From an uncultured Eubacterium sp. (GTDB lineage Bacteria > Bacillota > Clostridia > Lachnospirales > Lachnospiraceae), in the NCBI GenBank assembly GCA_947089855.1, contig CAMUML010000020.1, positions 140 to 64,139 of the forward strand: a stretch of 64,000 nucleotides of DNA. Direction: 5' to 3'. The notes under the pieces were generated by a model. That model was not told where the DNA came from. It did not search any database and saw nothing but the letters and a program-made list of their open reading frames with translations. Below are positions 61,478-64,000 of the stretch, piece by piece (within the stretch, counting starts at the first letter, position 1; each line of letters starts with the position of its first letter). The translations under genes and the position numbers were made by a program.

Positions 61478-64000
61478 ATTTATTGGTCAACGTCTTATCT
61501 ATCGTAATCACATGTGTCACATATACTTTCTGGCCAGTTGCGATCGTGACCGTTGATTTTACCGTGATCGTATTAATATGGAGCTGTTCCCCACTCCTTA
61601 ACGGGATCATGCTGCCGGTCAGCCGTGTCCCAGTCGCCGTACAGTCTAAGATCACGCCATCTGGTACATAGATACAGTCATTTACCAGCTGAAGCGCATT
61701 GGCCATTGTGGTACTGGCCGTATCGCTGCGCACGGTATAAGCTGGCGGGTTTTGCCCATCGGTAATTGTAATATTCACACTTTCGGACTGTTCCCTGTAT
61801 GCACTGTCAAAATAGGTCAGCGTTACGGTATATACACCTGGATCTGCCTTCTGGCAGGCGGCAATGCCGTCAGTGCCTGCCGCAGTAATGGAAAGCGGCG
61901 TCAATGTAAGTACATCGGAACTTACCTTGCGTATTGCGCTGCCGGTAGTAACCGCTGTAAAATTCTCATTGTAATATGTACTCCCCTTACGGATCTCTGC
62001 CCGGATAAAGGATTTATAATCATAGAATACGCCGCCGCGGTATTCTGCCAGGCGCACACGGATTGTCTTAGCCCCTGACGACGACGAATCTACGGATAAA
62101 TCCATCGTATCGCTGCTGGACTCGGCTTTGTATGTCCTAATGCCGTTTGGAACCGGTGCGGATACAATTACGGCAAAATAGCTCTTCATGGATACACCGT
62201 CCATTGTAACGGTCAGGATAAAATTATACGTCCCAACCGGCGCGCCTTGTGCCCGGATAACAATGCTGTCCGTCGCCGCATCGTAGGTGGCAAGCTGCTT
62301 TTGCCCTGCGGTTTCGGTAACTACCCCGGTTTCATGGGTAAGTGCAAGCTTCCCGCCATATTGGTCTGTGGCAGTAACCGGAACTTCTTTCTGATAGCCT
62401 TTGCTTGAGGACGTATTTGACATAATAATCGCTGGTTCTTTTATTTGCAGCGCTGCCAGGTAACGCCCTTCATTTACGGTAATCTGGAAGGTATATGGCA
62501 CGGTGTCGCTTCCCTGTTTTGCAGTAACTACAATCGTCACAGGGCCAGGCTTGATCGGCGTTACCTTGCCATCCGGGTTGATGATCAGCTTGTCCGGGTC
62601 AGAAGACGCATAGGCGATGCTGTCATAGGCAATTGCCTGGCCATCTTCATCCAGCCCGCGGAAATGTGCGTACATCGTATCCCCAACGGCAATCGAACGT
62701 ACATCCTCCCCCTGGTAAGTTGGCTCATAGGCACTGTCCGTCAGTGTAAACTTTGTCTCTGCCGCTACTTCTGCCTGCTGTGCTACACAGATAACCGTCT
62801 TTGTGTCAGTCAGGCGGATCGTACCGTCTGGAGACGTATAATCTACGGTTACCGTTGCGATATTGCCAATAGTAGTCATATAAAGGCGGTTCGTCTGTGG
62901 ATCCAAAAACCCGTTATTTACATTTGCAGAATACAAAAATGAACCGTCCTTAACCGTCCCGGTTACGTCAATCCCTTTTTCATCCAGCAGCATATATGCG
63001 ATCGTCGTATACCGTTCTTTTTGTGCGCTGGTCGTTATAATCGAAAGTTGTGCCGGCTTTCCGACACTGGCCGTAAACTCTTTGGTGCGGCCCGCACAGG
63101 AAACGGTATATTTCCTGCCGTCTACAAAATTCGTTGCTGTCGTAAGGTAAGCCGTTTTGCCGTCATCGGAATATTTTACTTTCTTTACCAGAACCGTCGC
63201 TTCCCCGGATTTAATGGTAAAGTCATTTTCTTTATACTGGGCTGCCGGCGCCATATTAAAGGTCGCATGGATACCGTCTGCAGCTGTCTGGGTAACTGAT
63301 TCAATAAAACTGCCGACCGTAGCTGTTATTTCTTTTTTACATAGCGGCTGGCCTTTTTCTGAATTTTTTGCAAGCGCCGTAATGGTATAGGTACCTGCTT
63401 TTGCCGGCGTCCATTTGCCGTCCTGTGTGATGTCGGACGTATAGTCTGTCCCAGCCGCATCCTTTACTTCCCAGTAAATTTTGCTGGTCGCATTTGCCGG
63501 CGTCATGGATGCTTCGAACTCATACGTCTTGCCCGCAGACAAACGGCTTAGATCTTCGATCTTGGATGTATCTACATCAATCGCTTTGGCCTTGCTTTGC
63601 AGCCGTCCGGCAAACGTCAGCTTTTGCACCAGTTTCCATTTGGCCGTATATACATTTACTGTAATACGGATACGTTCTGCCGCTGCAAATGCTTCCTCCC
63701 CACGGCTGTCAATGGTCAGGCGGTTGGTCACCTTCGTAGACTCCGCAACCGTCTTAGCCGTATCAAACGAAGCGTAGCCTTTGCCTTTGCCAGTTATGCG
63801 CCACTTTAAAATATAGCCTTTTTTGACATTTTTCACAGTTAGGTCGTAAATCCCCTTATTGGCACGGTTTTCATAAAAGACAGAATACTTTTTTTGAAAT
63901 TCAGGCGCTTTTTGCGCAGCCCGTGCCTGCACCGGCATAACAGCCAGCAATATCACAGCTGCCAAAAACAGCGCAAGCCCTCTTTTGACATGCTTAAACA
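61476..64000 (-). CDS. Large secreted Ig-like/S-layer-like protein; start codon probably at 64001, just outside the window
   Basis: Frame is open to the window edge (..FKHVKRGLALFLAAVILLAVMPVQARA signal peptide); Ig-like YASSDP..L.I..DG.VT module. Confidence 0.75.
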   Translation of the reverse strand, partial: FKHVKRGLALFLAAVILLAVMPVQARAAQKAPEFQKKYSVFYENRANKGIYDLTVKNVKKGYILKWRITGKGKGYASFDTAKTVAESTKVTNRLTIDSRGEEAFAAAERIRITVNVYTAKWKLVQKLTFAGRLQSKAKAIDVDTSKIEDLSRLSAGKTYEFEASMTPANATSKIYWEVKDAAGTDYTSDITQDGKWTPAKAGTYTITALAKNSEKGQPLCKKEITATVGSFIESVTQTAADGIHATFNMAPAAQYKENDFTIKSGEATVLVKKVKYSDDGKTAYLTTATNFVDGRKYTVSCAGRTKEFTASVGKPAQLSIITTSAQKERYTTIAYMLLDEKGIDVTGTVKDGSFLYSANVNNGFLDPQTNRLYMTTIGNIATVTVDYTSPDGTIRLTDTKTVICVAQQAEVAAETKFTLTDSAYEPTYQGEDVRSIAVGDTMYAHFRGLDEDGQAIAYDSIAYASSDPDKLIINPDGKVTPIKPGPVTIVVTAKQGSDTVPYTFQITVNEGRYLAALQIKEPAIIMSNTSSSKGYQKEVPVTATDQYGGKLALTHETGVVTETAGQKQLATYDAATDSIVIRAQGAPVGTYNFILTVTMDGVSMKSYFAVIVSAPVPNGIRTYKAESSSDTMDLSVDSSSSGAKTIRVRLAEYRGGVFYDYKSFIRAEIRKGSTYYNENFTAVTTGSAIRKVSSDVLTLTPLSITAAGTDGIAACQKADPGVYTVTLTYFDSAYREQSESVNITITDGQNPPAYTVRSDTASTTMANALQLVNDCIYVPDGVILDCTATGTRLTGSMIPLRSGEQLHINTITVKSTVTIATGQKVYVTHVITIDKTLTNK

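Overview
This 64-kb window looks like a Clostridia chromosome, most likely Lachnospiraceae. Core genes: the 5' end of mtlA, gap-pgk-tpiA, ispF-cysS-mrnC-rlmB-sigH, a four-gene pyruvate/2-oxoacid:ferredoxin oxidoreductase operon, and a starch/maltodextrin locus (LacI, ABC transporter, pullulanase, debranching enzyme, HAD hydrolase). Also present are MATE/LysR pairs, a WYL regulator, a hybrid kinase, a GT2-GtrA glycosylation pair and several large secreted proteins. The standout is an AT-richer ~10-kb island (17.9-28.0 kb, minus strand) encoding a type III-D-like CRISPR-Cas interference operon: cas6, HD-less cas10 with intact GGDD, four Cas7-group RAMPs, csx10/cas5, cas11, an uncharacterised helical protein and a TIR-SAVED effector. 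I see no CRISPR array, cas1/cas2, csx19 or ring nuclease in the window. Features missing from the ORF track: an Fst-like type I toxin with a convergent antitoxin RNA, a 145-bp MITE with an 8-bp target-site duplication plus related REP-like fragments, and a G8-tract frameshift in the maltodextrin permease. In-frame tandem-repeat insertions recur in housekeeping proteins, including a (GCCG)3 tail on IspF. All calls come from reading motifs by eye; no database search was run.
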